Shown piece after piece: positions 45,786-55,669 of a stretch of DNA of 64,000 bases. The DNA is from Arenicellales bacterium (GTDB taxonomy: Bacteria; Pseudomonadota; Gammaproteobacteria; Arenicellales; JAJDZL01): assembly GCA_965200645.1 (NCBI GenBank), contig CBDAUN010000003.1, positions 519,718 to 583,717 of the forward strand, given 5' to 3'. The notes beneath the pieces are model-generated. The model worked only from the letters and a program-made list of their open reading frames with translations, was not told the DNA's origin and made no database searches. Each line of letters begins with the position of its first letter. The stretch's first letter is position 1. Both the position numbers and the translations under genes were made by a program.

Positions 45786-47795
45786 ATGAAACGAATGTTA
45801 TTCAATGCAACTCATTCAGAAGAGTTGCGCATTGCCGTTGTAGACGGCCAAACACTGGTTAACCTTGATATCGATTATGTAGATAGCAAAAACAAGAAAG
45901 GAAATATTTATCGAGGAAAAATCACAAAAATCGAGCCGAGTCTCGAAGCTGCGTTTGTAGACTTCGGCGCTAGCAGACACGGCTTTTTGTCAGTAAAGGA
46001 CATATCTAGAAAATACTTTTCGAAACAATCTGAGTCTACCCCGCTTTCCGACATACGCATTCAAGATGTTGTCAGTGTCGGTGATTCGCTAATCGTTCAA
46101 GTTGAAAAGGAAGAACGCGGCAATAAAGGTGCTGCGCTTACTTCATTTATCAGCCTGGCGGGCCGCTACCTAGTCTTGTTACCAAATAATTCACGCGGTG
46201 GTGGAATTTCTCGTCAGATTGAAGGGAAAAATCGACATGAACTCAAGGAAATTATGTCGCAACTTGAAATCCCTACGGAACACTCCGTCATCGCACGAAC
46301 AGCTGGGATTGGACAATCGGTTGAGAATTTTCAGACGGACCTGAAATACCTTTTGAACTTGTGGCGAGCCATAGAAAACGCTGCAGAACAAAACTCTGAT
46401 CCATTTCTCATCTATCAAGAGAGCAGTCTAATTATTCGAACTCTGCGTGACTATCTCAGAGACGAAATCGGACAAATCCTCATTGATAACAAAGAGTTGT
46501 ATGAACGAACATTGCAGTTTGTTCAAGATGTCATGCCAAACTCGGGTGTGACAGTACGTTACTACAACGACTCTGTACCGTTGTTCTCCAGATTTCAAAT
46601 TGAGCATCAAATAAAGGATGTCTTTGAACGAAAGGTTGACCTACCCAATGGCGGAGCAATCGTAATCGATCAGACAGAAGCACTCGTCACTATTGATGTA
46701 AATTCAGCTCGCGCCACCAAGGGGGCGGACATTGAAGAAACCGCTCTAAAGACTAACCTTGAGGCTGTAGAGCAAATTGCGAAGCAACTACGCATTCGTG
46801 ATATCGGCGGCCTGATCGTAATCGATCTAATTGATATGTCTTCCCAACACGATAAAAGAAGTGTTGAGAATCAGTTTGCAGAAGCGCTTAGGTCAGACCG
46901 AGCACGGGTTAGAGTCGGACGCATATCCAAATTTGGGTTACTCGAAATGTCTCGCCAACGTTTGCGGTCATCGATTGAAGAGTCAAGTCATGATGTGTGT
47001 CCTCGCTGTCAAGGCAGAGGTTTTATTCGAAACGTGACCTCCAGCGGATTGAGTATCTTAAGAATCCTTGAAGAAGATGCCTTGAAAGAAAATACCGAAC
47101 TCATTCATGCTCACCTGCCTATAGAAATCGCAACTTTCCTGCTCAACGACAAACGACATGAACTAAACAAAATTGAACAACGATTTGCTACCCGAATCAT
47201 TATTGTTCCCAATAACACGCTTAAAACTCCAGATCATCGTATTTTGCGTTTTAAGGCAAGTGAAGTTGAAAAGAATTCGGGGGTTCTCAGTTACAACCTG
47301 CAATATCCAAATCAAGTGAACGAGGTATTCAATTTTGTTGGTGGTGGGGCCGGAAATAGCGGTGCCCAGCCAGCAGTTTCGCACGAGGAAATGAAGTCAG
47401 CAAGCGAAGAAGCAAAGCGCACCGGAGATTCTTTCTTAGGGAAGATGGTATCTGCGGTATTTGGTAGCGGTAAGCCCAAAGCCGCACCTGAGATTGTAGT
47501 GGAAGAAAAAAAGTCAACTCCCACACGTCGAAAGCCAGCGAGACGCAATACTAGACAGGTAACATCTGATAAACAGGGTCGACCAAATTCAAGGCGCGGT
47601 GCCTCACATGGCAGGCCAATGGGTCAAGACGATAGACCTCGTCGCCGACCAAATCCAAAAACCAGAACTAGTCGGGGTGCAAATGGAATACCGAAGAAAG
47701 AGACAGATTCCAGGCGAGGCCCCCCTCGAAGGAGAAATGTAAGGAAGCAGCCAGAATCACAAAAGAACGTTTCTACACCACCGCCTTCACCCTAA
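45786..47795 (+). CDS. rne: Ribonuclease E; start ATG 45786
   Basis: MKRMLFNAT..EELRIAVVDG, KGNIY, IDVNSAR, CPRCQG zinc link, Arg-rich C-terminal tail. Confidence 0.96.
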   Translation: MKRMLFNATHSEELRIAVVDGQTLVNLDIDYVDSKNKKGNIYRGKITKIEPSLEAAFVDFGASRHGFLSVKDISRKYFSKQSESTPLSDIRIQDVVSVGDSLIVQVEKEERGNKGAALTSFISLAGRYLVLLPNNSRGGGISRQIEGKNRHELKEIMSQLEIPTEHSVIARTAGIGQSVENFQTDLKYLLNLWRAIENAAEQNSDPFLIYQESSLIIRTLRDYLRDEIGQILIDNKELYERTLQFVQDVMPNSGVTVRYYNDSVPLFSRFQIEHQIKDVFERKVDLPNGGAIVIDQTEALVTIDVNSARATKGADIEETALKTNLEAVEQIAKQLRIRDIGGLIVIDLIDMSSQHDKRSVENQFAEALRSDRARVRVGRISKFGLLEMSRQRLRSSIEESSHDVCPRCQGRGFIRNVTSSGLSILRILEEDALKENTELIHAHLPIEIATFLLNDKRHELNKIEQRFATRIIIVPNNTLKTPDHRILRFKASEVEKNSGVLSYNLQYPNQVNEVFNFVGGGAGNSGAQPAVSHEEMKSASEEAKRTGDSFLGKMVSAVFGSGKPKAAPEIVVEEKKSTPTRRKPARRNTRQVTSDKQGRPNSRRGASHGRPMGQDDRPRRRPNPKTRTSRGANGIPKKETDSRRGPPRRRNVRKQPESQKNVSTPPPSP

Positions 47796-47806
47796 ATATC
47801 AACTAG

Positions 47807-48631
47807 TTACAAACTTCGCTTCCATTGTTGGAGAAATTCTTGCATATGCGGCTGGTCTGAGACTTCCAGCCAGTTGCGAATTTCGTCGGTCACTTGAAGG
47901 TATTTGTCTTCAGTAAAGATCCCGCGAATATACTCTAACCGAAGAAAAATCAACAATGTATTCAGCGCATCTAGTTCACAATAGGAGCGAATAGACTTTA
48001 AGTTCCCGTCCAAATATGCTTTGAAAATATTTTCTTGGCCAACCTGGTCGACACGAACTTTTCCAGGTAAACCGAGTAACTTAGCGATTTCGTCGAGGGC
48101 CGCCATCCCTCTCATTTGATAGCGTGCTAGATAGTCCATGATGTCGAAGTGCTTATCGTGATATCTACCATGATAGTTGTTCCACTTCGCTTCTCGGTCA
48201 AATTGACCTGTGTCCCAATATGTTTTGCTTTGCACGCCATGAATTAGTGCGCGGTATTGCAACACCGGTAAATCGAATCCGTTACCGTTCCAGGATACCA
48301 GTGTTGGTTTACTGTCATCGATTCCCCTGAAGAATTCGCTAATCAGTTGTTTTTCAGTCGAATCAATGTTACCTAAAGATTTCGTTTTAAATCCACCCCT
48401 ATCAGACAAAACCGCCACAGATATAGCCACAACTCGATGTTGATGCAGGGGTAGAAAGGTGGCGTCTGGAACCTTAAGACGTCTGGTAGCTAACATAGCT
48501 TTGGCGACTTCCTCAGGACCAAGCCCGTCGAGGTCATATATGGCTTTCCCAGATCCAACGTCAGGAATGGTTTCTATATCAAATGCAACAATCATTTCCA
48601 TCTCAGAGTTGACATATAACAATTTACTCAA
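47807..48631 (-). CDS. PolB-like 3'-5' exonuclease domain protein; true start may be 48601 or 48595
   Basis: AFDIETIPD, SWNGNGFDLPVL, YCELDALNT DEDD motifs. Confidence 0.85.
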   Translation of the reverse strand: MSKLLYVNSEMEMIVAFDIETIPDVGSGKAIYDLDGLGPEEVAKAMLATRRLKVPDATFLPLHQHRVVAISVAVLSDRGGFKTKSLGNIDSTEKQLISEFFRGIDDSKPTLVSWNGNGFDLPVLQYRALIHGVQSKTYWDTGQFDREAKWNNYHGRYHDKHFDIMDYLARYQMRGMAALDEIAKLLGLPGKVRVDQVGQENIFKAYLDGNLKSIRSYCELDALNTLLIFLRLEYIRGIFTEDKYLQVTDEIRNWLEVSDQPHMQEFLQQWKRSL

Positions 48632-50372
48632 CTATTTCCAAATATTCGATCATCATATTTGCTGATTTAATAGACCGATACTCTCTCAATTCTAATCTGT
48701 AAACTAATCTATAGGACGCTCCATATTTTGGAGGTTCTGTGTAATTTTGAAAATACCTCATATACACCGCACTACAAGAGCGTCCAGTTTCTTCAGCTTG
48801 GCATTTCAGACGCAGATGCACTTCTTTAAAGATTGAGAAATCAAGAATTTTGAACACTCCATCGAACAGCGGCTGCGGAAAACCCTGCCCCCACGGACCA
48901 CCATAACGAATTAGTTCGGCATTCTCTATGCTGATCTCTTCAAGCTCACCGTCTGTATGGATGACCGGCTCGACGTTCTTGTTGCCGAGCACAGTGGTAA
49001 CTTGCCTTTCAAAGTTGTCTTTGAATTCAAGCAATTTACTGCCGTTCATCGTCAAACCGGCTGCCATGGCATGCCCGCCGAACTTAGTAATTGTTCCTGG
49101 GGAGGCAGCATTGATGTCAACTAAGACATCCCGAATATTTATTCCAGAAATTGAGCGACAAGATCCTCGCAGACTGCCATCTTCATCAGGCGCAAAGGCA
49201 ACTGTTGGCTTTCCAGTCAACTCCACGACTCTGGAGGCTATTAACCCTACTACACCGTGATGCCAGTTTTCCCGAAACAGGCAATAGCCCGAAACCTCCT
49301 TGTCAAAACTATCATTTATCCTATCTAATTCTTTGGTGGCTTCTGCAAACATGCTTTGCTGGATTTCTTTTCGAGTGTCGTTGAAACGATTTAATTTCTC
49401 GACATATTCGTTCACTTGCTTTTGATTGTTCGATACCAAACTCTTGATACCGATTGAAATGTCGTCTAGCCTACCTGCAGCATTAATACGGGGTGCAACT
49501 ACAAATGACAAATCTTGCTCCGTAATCTTTCCAATATGACGTCTCCCTGATTCAAGTAATGTCCGAATTCCTTTTCTGCATCTACCACCGTTGATTCTTG
49601 ATAAACCTTGCTGAACCAGTGCCCTATTGTTTCGGTCAAGCACAACCAAGTCCGCCACTGTGCCAAGGGCTACCAGGTCAAGATAGTCCGCCATATTGGG
49701 AACTTGTATAGATTCTCGCTCGAACCAGCCCTTTTGCTTGAGTTTCGCACGTACCACTGACATCACGTAGAAGATCACTCCAACTCCTGCGAGATTCTTA
49801 CTTGGGAATTTGTCTCCGGGTAATCTTGGATTCACAATTGCATCTGCCAACGGCAACTCCGCACCAGGTAAATGATGATCGGTGATGATGACAGTAATGC
49901 CGAACTGCTGAGCGAGCTTTACCCCTGCAACACTAGTAATTCCATTGTCAACGGTTATCAGTAAATCGGGAGTAGCTTCGGACAGAAATTCGACTGCCTG
50001 TTCACTCAATCCATAGCCAAATTTAAATCGGTCTGGTGCAAAGAAGTCGACATGTCGAGCACCGAAGGCCCTTAACGCCAGACATGCCAGCGCACATCCA
50101 GTTGCTCCATCAGCATCATAATCACCAAATATTAAAATGTTGGCATTGGCAGCTATTGCATCGACAATAATTTCAGATGCTTCATCAATTCCGGTTAGTC
50201 CATCAGGAACGCATAAGTTTGCCAACGAATACTTCACTTCTTCAGGTCTTTTGACCCCGCGTTGGCGATAAAGTTTATCTAGTACTGTGGGCTGGTCTGT
50301 GATGGGAGGGCCGTGAACTACTTCTCGGCGTACAATCTTTTTTCGAAGAGGCGTTTGAATTGCGAAAGACAC
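48624..50372 (-). CDS. recJ: ssDNA exonuclease RecJ
   Basis: GDYDADG, TVDNG, TDHH (DHH), LGTVAD, APRINAAGRL, GGHAMAAG. Confidence 0.96.
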   Translation of the reverse strand: MSFAIQTPLRKKIVRREVVHGPPITDQPTVLDKLYRQRGVKRPEEVKYSLANLCVPDGLTGIDEASEIIVDAIAANANILIFGDYDADGATGCALACLALRAFGARHVDFFAPDRFKFGYGLSEQAVEFLSEATPDLLITVDNGITSVAGVKLAQQFGITVIITDHHLPGAELPLADAIVNPRLPGDKFPSKNLAGVGVIFYVMSVVRAKLKQKGWFERESIQVPNMADYLDLVALGTVADLVVLDRNNRALVQQGLSRINGGRCRKGIRTLLESGRRHIGKITEQDLSFVVAPRINAAGRLDDISIGIKSLVSNNQKQVNEYVEKLNRFNDTRKEIQQSMFAEATKELDRINDSFDKEVSGYCLFRENWHHGVVGLIASRVVELTGKPTVAFAPDEDGSLRGSCRSISGINIRDVLVDINAASPGTITKFGGHAMAAGLTMNGSKLLEFKDNFERQVTTVLGNKNVEPVIHTDGELEEISIENAELIRYGGPWGQGFPQPLFDGVFKILDFSIFKEVHLRLKCQAEETGRSCSAVYMRYFQNYTEPPKYGASYRLVYRLELREYRSIKSANMMIEYLEIVE

Positions 50373-50428
50373 TGTGTCACCAAAATGTGATTTAAGTGAA
50401 GTTGGGTGGTAACAGTACTAAAAGAAAG

Positions 50429-51739
50429 TTAATTGGCTACCTCCATTCGTATTCTCGTAATTGGGCCCTTAACCATTGGTAATTCCTCAAGTTGCGCAAG
50501 TGCACTGTTCATGTTCCTTTCAAGTGTCTGTTGTGTCACGATGATCACCGGAAGAATTTCCTCCCGTCTACTGGATCCCTTTTGTAGAATTGATTCAATA
50601 CTGATACCTAAATCCCCCAGAATTTTCGTTACTTCAGCCAGTACGCCGGCACGGTTTACCGCATTCATTCTGAGGTAGTTTGCAGTTGATACATCATCCA
50701 TCGGCACGATGGGAATATCGCTGAGTGACTGTGACTGAAACGCTAAATGCGGCACTCTGTTTTCTGGGTCTGTGGTGAGGGTTCGAACCACATCAACCAA
50801 ATCTGCAACTACTGCCGACGCTGTAGGATCCGACCCGGCGCCGGCGCCATAGAATAATGTTTCTCCTACAGCATCTCCGTTGACCAACACAGCATTCATC
50901 ACACCATTGACGTTTGCGATCATATCCTTTCGTGGAATCATACATGGATGAACTCGCATCTCAATGTCGCTACCATTATTTTTGGTTATTGCCATTGGCT
51001 TTATGGTAAATCCAAGTTCAGTCGCATACTGCATGTCCAGATAGGTGATATTGCCAATTCCTTCACGGAAAACTTTGGAATATTGCAATGGAATTCCAAA
51101 GGCAATCGCTGCGAGAATGGTCAGTTTATGCACCGCATCGATGCCTTCAACATCAAAGGTCGGATCAGCTTCGGCATATCCCAACTGCTGAGCCTCCTTA
51201 AGCACTTCCTCAAAGGAACTCCCCTTGTCCTTCATGGCTGTCAGAATGTAGTTGCTAGTACCATTGATAATTCCCATCAATGACTGAATTCGATTTCCGG
51301 TCAGACCTTCACGCAGTGCCTTAATTATTGATATTCCCCCACCCACTGCAGCTTCAAAGGCAACTACAACAGATGCTTCCTGTGCAAATTTGAACAGTTC
51401 GTTGCCGTGAAGTGCAATCAATTCCTTATTTGCAGTCACTACATGTTTGCCATTATTGATGGCCCGAACAGCATAGTCGTGGGCTGGATTTTCTCCACCA
51501 ATCAATTCGACTACCACGTCAATTTCCGGATCATCCAAAATCGTATATGAATCATCCGTTATTGCAATTGAATCAAGTGCTAAATTGCGCTGCTTTGATG
51601 TATCCCGAACCGCAGCTTTTTTTACGACAATTTGGCGACCTGCGCGACGTGTTATTTCCTCGCAGTTTCTAGAGAGTACACTCAAGGTGCCGCAACCCAC
51701 GGTCCCCAAGCCAAGAATTCCTACTCGTACTGGTTCCAT
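50429..51739 (-). CDS. hom: Homoserine dehydrogenase with ACT domain
   Basis: GLGTVG, VVTANK, FEAAVGGG, GYAEADPTFDVEG. Confidence 0.96.
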   Translation of the reverse strand: MEPVRVGILGLGTVGCGTLSVLSRNCEEITRRAGRQIVVKKAAVRDTSKQRNLALDSIAITDDSYTILDDPEIDVVVELIGGENPAHDYAVRAINNGKHVVTANKELIALHGNELFKFAQEASVVVAFEAAVGGGISIIKALREGLTGNRIQSLMGIINGTSNYILTAMKDKGSSFEEVLKEAQQLGYAEADPTFDVEGIDAVHKLTILAAIAFGIPLQYSKVFREGIGNITYLDMQYATELGFTIKPMAITKNNGSDIEMRVHPCMIPRKDMIANVNGVMNAVLVNGDAVGETLFYGAGAGSDPTASAVVADLVDVVRTLTTDPENRVPHLAFQSQSLSDIPIVPMDDVSTANYLRMNAVNRAGVLAEVTKILGDLGISIESILQKGSSRREEILPVIIVTQQTLERNMNSALAQLEELPMVKGPITRIRMEVAN

Positions 51740-51882
51740 TTATGCTCTACTGCTCCGTATTGAAATACCTTGCAAATCGCGGGCATTTTATAATGCCTTG
51801 CAAAATTGAATTTTCAGATATCTGCACATTATTCTACGTTCGACTATACCTTCCGTTTCTATAACGTTGTTGGATTAAACTC

Positions 51883-52257
51883 ATGAAACTCCACCGAATG
51901 GATTCAGATAATGTCAATTTTGTGACTAGATTTGGTCCAGACAGTTTGTCAATCAACGGTCAATCCTACAAGCACAGTATTATTCTGTCTGCTCAAACCA
52001 TCGAAAAATGGAAGCCTGATACCTTTGAAGATTTCATAGCCGACGATTTTCAGCATCTGGCCAAATTCGATGCGGAAATTGTCATTATAGGTACTGGACA
52101 AAAAATTCGATTTCCAAATTCCCAACTTCTGGAACCGCTACGCCAACAAAAATGCGGTTTTGAAGTAATGGATAGCAAAGCCGCATGCCGCACCTACAAC
52201 GTACTGGTGGGTGATGACCGAAAGGTTGTAGCTGGAATTTTGCTGGACGCTGTTTAA
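51883..52257 (+). CDS. Mth938/DUF498-like protein
   Basis: IVIIGTG, FEVMDSKAACRTYNVL. Confidence 0.88.
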   Translation: MKLHRMDSDNVNFVTRFGPDSLSINGQSYKHSIILSAQTIEKWKPDTFEDFIADDFQHLAKFDAEIVIIGTGQKIRFPNSQLLEPLRQQKCGFEVMDSKAACRTYNVLVGDDRKVVAGILLDAV

Positions 52258-52263
52258 TCAATT

Positions 52264-53106
52264 TCACGACTGTGGTAAATAACGTGTTGGATCGACTGGT
52301 TTGCCGTCTACGCGAATTTCAAAATGAAGTTTGACTCGGTCAGAGTCGGTGCTACCCATCTCAGCAATCTTCTGTCCTGTGCTTACAGAACTGCCCTCTT
52401 GCACGACCAGGCGTGAATTGTGCGCATAAGCACTCAGGAATCTCTCATCATGCTTGACTATGATCATTCGGCCATAGCCTGGTAATCCATTGCCCGAATA
52501 AACCACCTCGCCACCGCGTGCTGCGTGCACCGGCTGTCCAACAGTCCCTTCGATATCGATTCCATTGAAGTTATTTGCTTCAGAAAACCTTTGAGTCAAA
52601 TGACCCGTAGTTGGCCATGTCCAACCCGATTTCGACTTCACTGCCGTTGTTGGAGTATTAGACTTGGGGGCAGGAGCCGCTGTGACAGTCGTACTGAGAA
52701 TCTCAGGTTCCGGCTCAAGAGAAAAACTGGTAGCGGTAGATTTTCCTGAATAGGTTACTTTTTGATTAACAACCTTTGCCTTCCCTCCGGGTGGATAAAG
52801 CTTGATTTCCTGGCCTACATAAATAGGTTTATTGGGATCGATTTTGTTCCACCTGGCAACATCCAGGTAATTTTCGCCCGCTTCAAATGAAATTGAGTAC
52901 AAATTATCACCAGAACGCACAATTGTAGTGCGTCCCGTATAAGTGGTTACTGGCGTACTAAGCGGCTGCTTATTGATGGCAACGGATGTAACCTTGGCTT
53001 TGTGTTTAGGGTCTGCACAAGAGGACAAAAACGTCCCGAACAAAAGTGCAAACGCACAGAATAGCCAGTTATAACGTCCAGTAAATGATTGCGACAACGA
53101 GAACAA
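52264..53106 (-). CDS. nlpD: LysM/M23 lipoprotein NlpD-like
   Basis: Lipobox LSSC, LysM (GDNLYSIS), M23 (NGIDI, YAHN, LHFEIR). Confidence 0.85.
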   Translation of the reverse strand: MFSLSQSFTGRYNWLFCAFALLFGTFLSSCADPKHKAKVTSVAINKQPLSTPVTTYTGRTTIVRSGDNLYSISFEAGENYLDVARWNKIDPNKPIYVGQEIKLYPPGGKAKVVNQKVTYSGKSTATSFSLEPEPEILSTTVTAAPAPKSNTPTTAVKSKSGWTWPTTGHLTQRFSEANNFNGIDIEGTVGQPVHAARGGEVVYSGNGLPGYGRMIIVKHDERFLSAYAHNSRLVVQEGSSVSTGQKIAEMGSTDSDRVKLHFEIRVDGKPVDPTRYLPQS

Positions 53107-53650
53107 TGCTTATCGTCCAGCCTACTGGTGTTGCATATCGTCTAATAAAATGATGAACAGAGTCTCCGGCCCATCTGCACAATGCTGATACCATGAAGAA
53201 TCTTAATCCCCGCCCCATAGTTGACATCAGCACGTACAGCATAAAGTCCATCGAAAATGCACCTGATGCGATCGTAAAAAGCTTATATGGGATAGGTGTG
53301 AACCCGGAAATCAGCACGACCAGAGCACCGTGGTCATCATACCACGATTGTAGTGTATTAAACTCTTCGCCCAAACCATAGAATTGAATTACAGGCCAGC
53401 CCAAAGCATCCAGCAAATACACCCCTATAAAATAACCTACGACTCCACCAGCTACTGAGGATACGGTTGTGATGGTTGCAAAGAGCCAGGCCTTAGCCCG
53501 CTGTGCCAGCACCATCGGAATCAACATTGTGTCCGGAGGTATTGGTAAAAATATCGCCTCCGACAGACTCAGTGCGCCAAGCCATGCTGGAGCAGACTTG
53601 TGCGCTGCAAGTTCGATTACACGATCATAGAGTCTGGTAAATGACACCAC
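53069..53650 (-). CDS. yqaA: YqaA/DedA-family membrane protein
   Basis: LSEAIFLPIPPD, GFTPIPYKLFTIASG, RGLRFF. Confidence 0.9.
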   Translation of the reverse strand: MVSFTRLYDRVIELAAHKSAPAWLGALSLSEAIFLPIPPDTMLIPMVLAQRAKAWLFATITTVSSVAGGVVGYFIGVYLLDALGWPVIQFYGLGEEFNTLQSWYDDHGALVVLISGFTPIPYKLFTIASGAFSMDFMLYVLMSTMGRGLRFFMVSALCRWAGDSVHHFIRRYATPVGWTISIVLVVAIIYWTL

Positions 53651-53701
53651 ACACTATACGCCAGCAATAAACATACAATTCCTTTTGCAGAAAACTACAA
53701 G

Positions 53702-54835
53702 TTACTCAACTGGTCTGACTTGCGTTCCAGGAACTTGATTTGGAAAATAGTCTTCGCAATCACCTTCGCGATAAACATCGGCGGTGGCACAATGTAATCC
53801 ACCACCAAAAGCGTACGCATCACGAAATGGGACCGGAATAACTTCGAAATTAAGCGCATCGAATTGCTCCAATTGATGCACTTCGCTCGCTTCGACACAT
53901 ACTGTCTTGGTATCCAACATCAGTACATTCATCGAAAGCCACACACTTGAATAACAAAGCGGCGGAGATTTTTCGTGGGCGGGCTGTGCTGCATCAATAA
54001 TTTCCCAATCATTGGCTTCGAAGATGGTTCTTTGTGCACTGGGTAAGGGACGTTCGGGATTGTTCATAATCAACCCTGGACGCAATGGTACAAACGTCGC
54101 ATCAATGTGAATTGGGTGCGGATCATCCGGAAAGTTAACCGAATGAACTCGATGCTCCGGAAAGTGACGTTGCAGCCACTCCATTGCCCTTCTATTGGTG
54201 GTAAAACTATGCTGACAAAACAAATCCTTGCCAAGTCGCATCACATCCGCAGCATCGAACAACGGTTCGTGTTCGGTTGTAACAAAGTCCAAATCTTTAG
54301 TTCGCACTAACAAAGTTTCAGTTGTGATGTTGTCAAAGTAACCGGGCTTGTATGAAGCGTCTGTAAGTCGCGGTCGTGGGGCTTGCTCCCAACGAAAATT
54401 TGGATCTGCATCAAAGTAGGACTGCATAAGTGAGTGATAGGCTAAATACTCAAAATACCTACAACGAAATGCCATCGGTGTGTTGAGAATTTCACTGCCC
54501 ACTGTCAACAGGATGTCCCTCGGCGGCATGCAGGTAAACATTGTGTCAGTCACAAAGTCTGGCGTTCCGACTGATCTATTCCATTGCAGCGGTGTCGGTC
54601 GGTCTACCCGAATTCCTCGAGATTCCAAAATTGAAGCAAACTCATCGAGCTGAGCAACTGCCTTTTCCACCGACTCAAGACTTCGTGGTCCCCAATATCC
54701 ATATAGGTCACTTTCTTTGTCTATTTTGGCTTCCAGTGCGGGCTCCCAGCCGGGCACACAGGAGTGTTCCGCCCTACCTAAAATTATGTGCCGTAATGGA
54801 CTGAAATCATCCCACGAAGATACTTTAGTCTCCAT
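53702..54835 (-). CDS. L-arginine amidinotransferase (glycine amidinotransferase-like); true start ATG 54835
   Basis: VSSWDDFSPLRHIILGR, PRDILL, FDAAD (Asp), HIDAT (His), GGGLHCAT (Cys); the ORF-track extension to 54949 runs into the tRNA. Confidence 0.9.
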   Translation of the reverse strand: METKVSSWDDFSPLRHIILGRAEHSCVPGWEPALEAKIDKESDLYGYWGPRSLESVEKAVAQLDEFASILESRGIRVDRPTPLQWNRSVGTPDFVTDTMFTCMPPRDILLTVGSEILNTPMAFRCRYFEYLAYHSLMQSYFDADPNFRWEQAPRPRLTDASYKPGYFDNITTETLLVRTKDLDFVTTEHEPLFDAADVMRLGKDLFCQHSFTTNRRAMEWLQRHFPEHRVHSVNFPDDPHPIHIDATFVPLRPGLIMNNPERPLPSAQRTIFEANDWEIIDAAQPAHEKSPPLCYSSVWLSMNVLMLDTKTVCVEASEVHQLEQFDALNFEVIPVPFRDAYAFGGGLHCATADVYREGDCEDYFPNQVPGTQVRPVE

Positions 54836-54878
54836 GTAAACTACCTGCGAATTAATCGGAACAAAACTGAAAATGAGA

Positions 54879-54955
<77 letters not shown>

Positions 54956-54981
54956 TCAGTCAAGAAATATTACCTTTTGCT

Positions 54982-55350
54982 TCAATCGTTCGACAACGAA
55001 TCTCGCACCTGATTGAGATTACTGATCGCTTGTTGGATTCTTCGTTTTATTGATTCACCGATTTGCGGTGGAGATTTTGCTTCCTGTTTCAAATAGTCTC
55101 GAGCACCGCCAATCGTATAACCCTTATCCTTTAGCAGGAACTTTATCTTCAAAATAAGATGAATATCCTGTCGGGTGTAGTAGCGACGATTTCCACTACG
55201 TCGCATCGGATTTAGAGCTTCGAATTGACCTTCCCAATAACGCAGTACATGAGGCTCCGTTTTGCAAAGTTTGCTAACGTCACCTATGCCAAAGTATCGC
55301 GTATCTGGAATTGGGGGTAGTTCAAACTCGACTCTTTGTTGGTCAGACAT
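54982..55350 (-). CDS. MerR-family regulator of the ihfA-associated type
   Basis: [36 protein letters not shown]; between ihfA and tRNA-Pro. Confidence 0.92.
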   Translation of the reverse strand: MSDQQRVEFELPPIPDTRYFGIGDVSKLCKTEPHVLRYWEGQFEALNPMRRSGNRRYYTRQDIHLILKIKFLLKDKGYTIGGARDYLKQEAKSPPQIGESIKRRIQQAISNLNQVRDSLSND

Positions 55351-55359
55351 TGGTGAGTG

Positions 55360-55656
55360 CTAGTTCAGACCTCGTAAACGTGCTCGCATCTTGTTGCTAG
55401 CCTTGAATGTAACGACATGACGTTCGGATATTTTTGCAGGTTCTCCTGTCTTGGGATTTCGTCCTTCTCGCGAATCCTTGTGATGAACTCGATAGTTTCC
55501 AAATCCTGAAAGTTTTACATCTTCGTGAGCTTCCAGTGCGCAGCGAATTTCCTCAAAAAATAAATTAACAAACTCTCTTGCTTCTCTTTGATTCAAACCT
55601 AGTTTTTTTGTGATTTCATTCACCAGATCAGATTTGACGATTACGGAGTCTCCCAT
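55360..55656 (-). CDS. ihfA: Integration host factor alpha
   Basis: VKLSGFGNY, GRNPKTGE, VVTFKAS; follows pheT. Confidence 0.93.
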   Translation of the reverse strand: MGDSVIVKSDLVNEITKKLGLNQREAREFVNLFFEEIRCALEAHEDVKLSGFGNYRVHHKDSREGRNPKTGEPAKISERHVVTFKASNKMRARLRGLN

Positions 55657-55669
55657 ATCACACTCTACA

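Noticed and set aside
8846-54835. Cylindrospermopsin-like pairing of the amidinotransferase with the methylating PKS
   Set aside because: The genes are ~37 kb apart, and the PKS has no adenylation/PCP loading module for guanidinoacetate.
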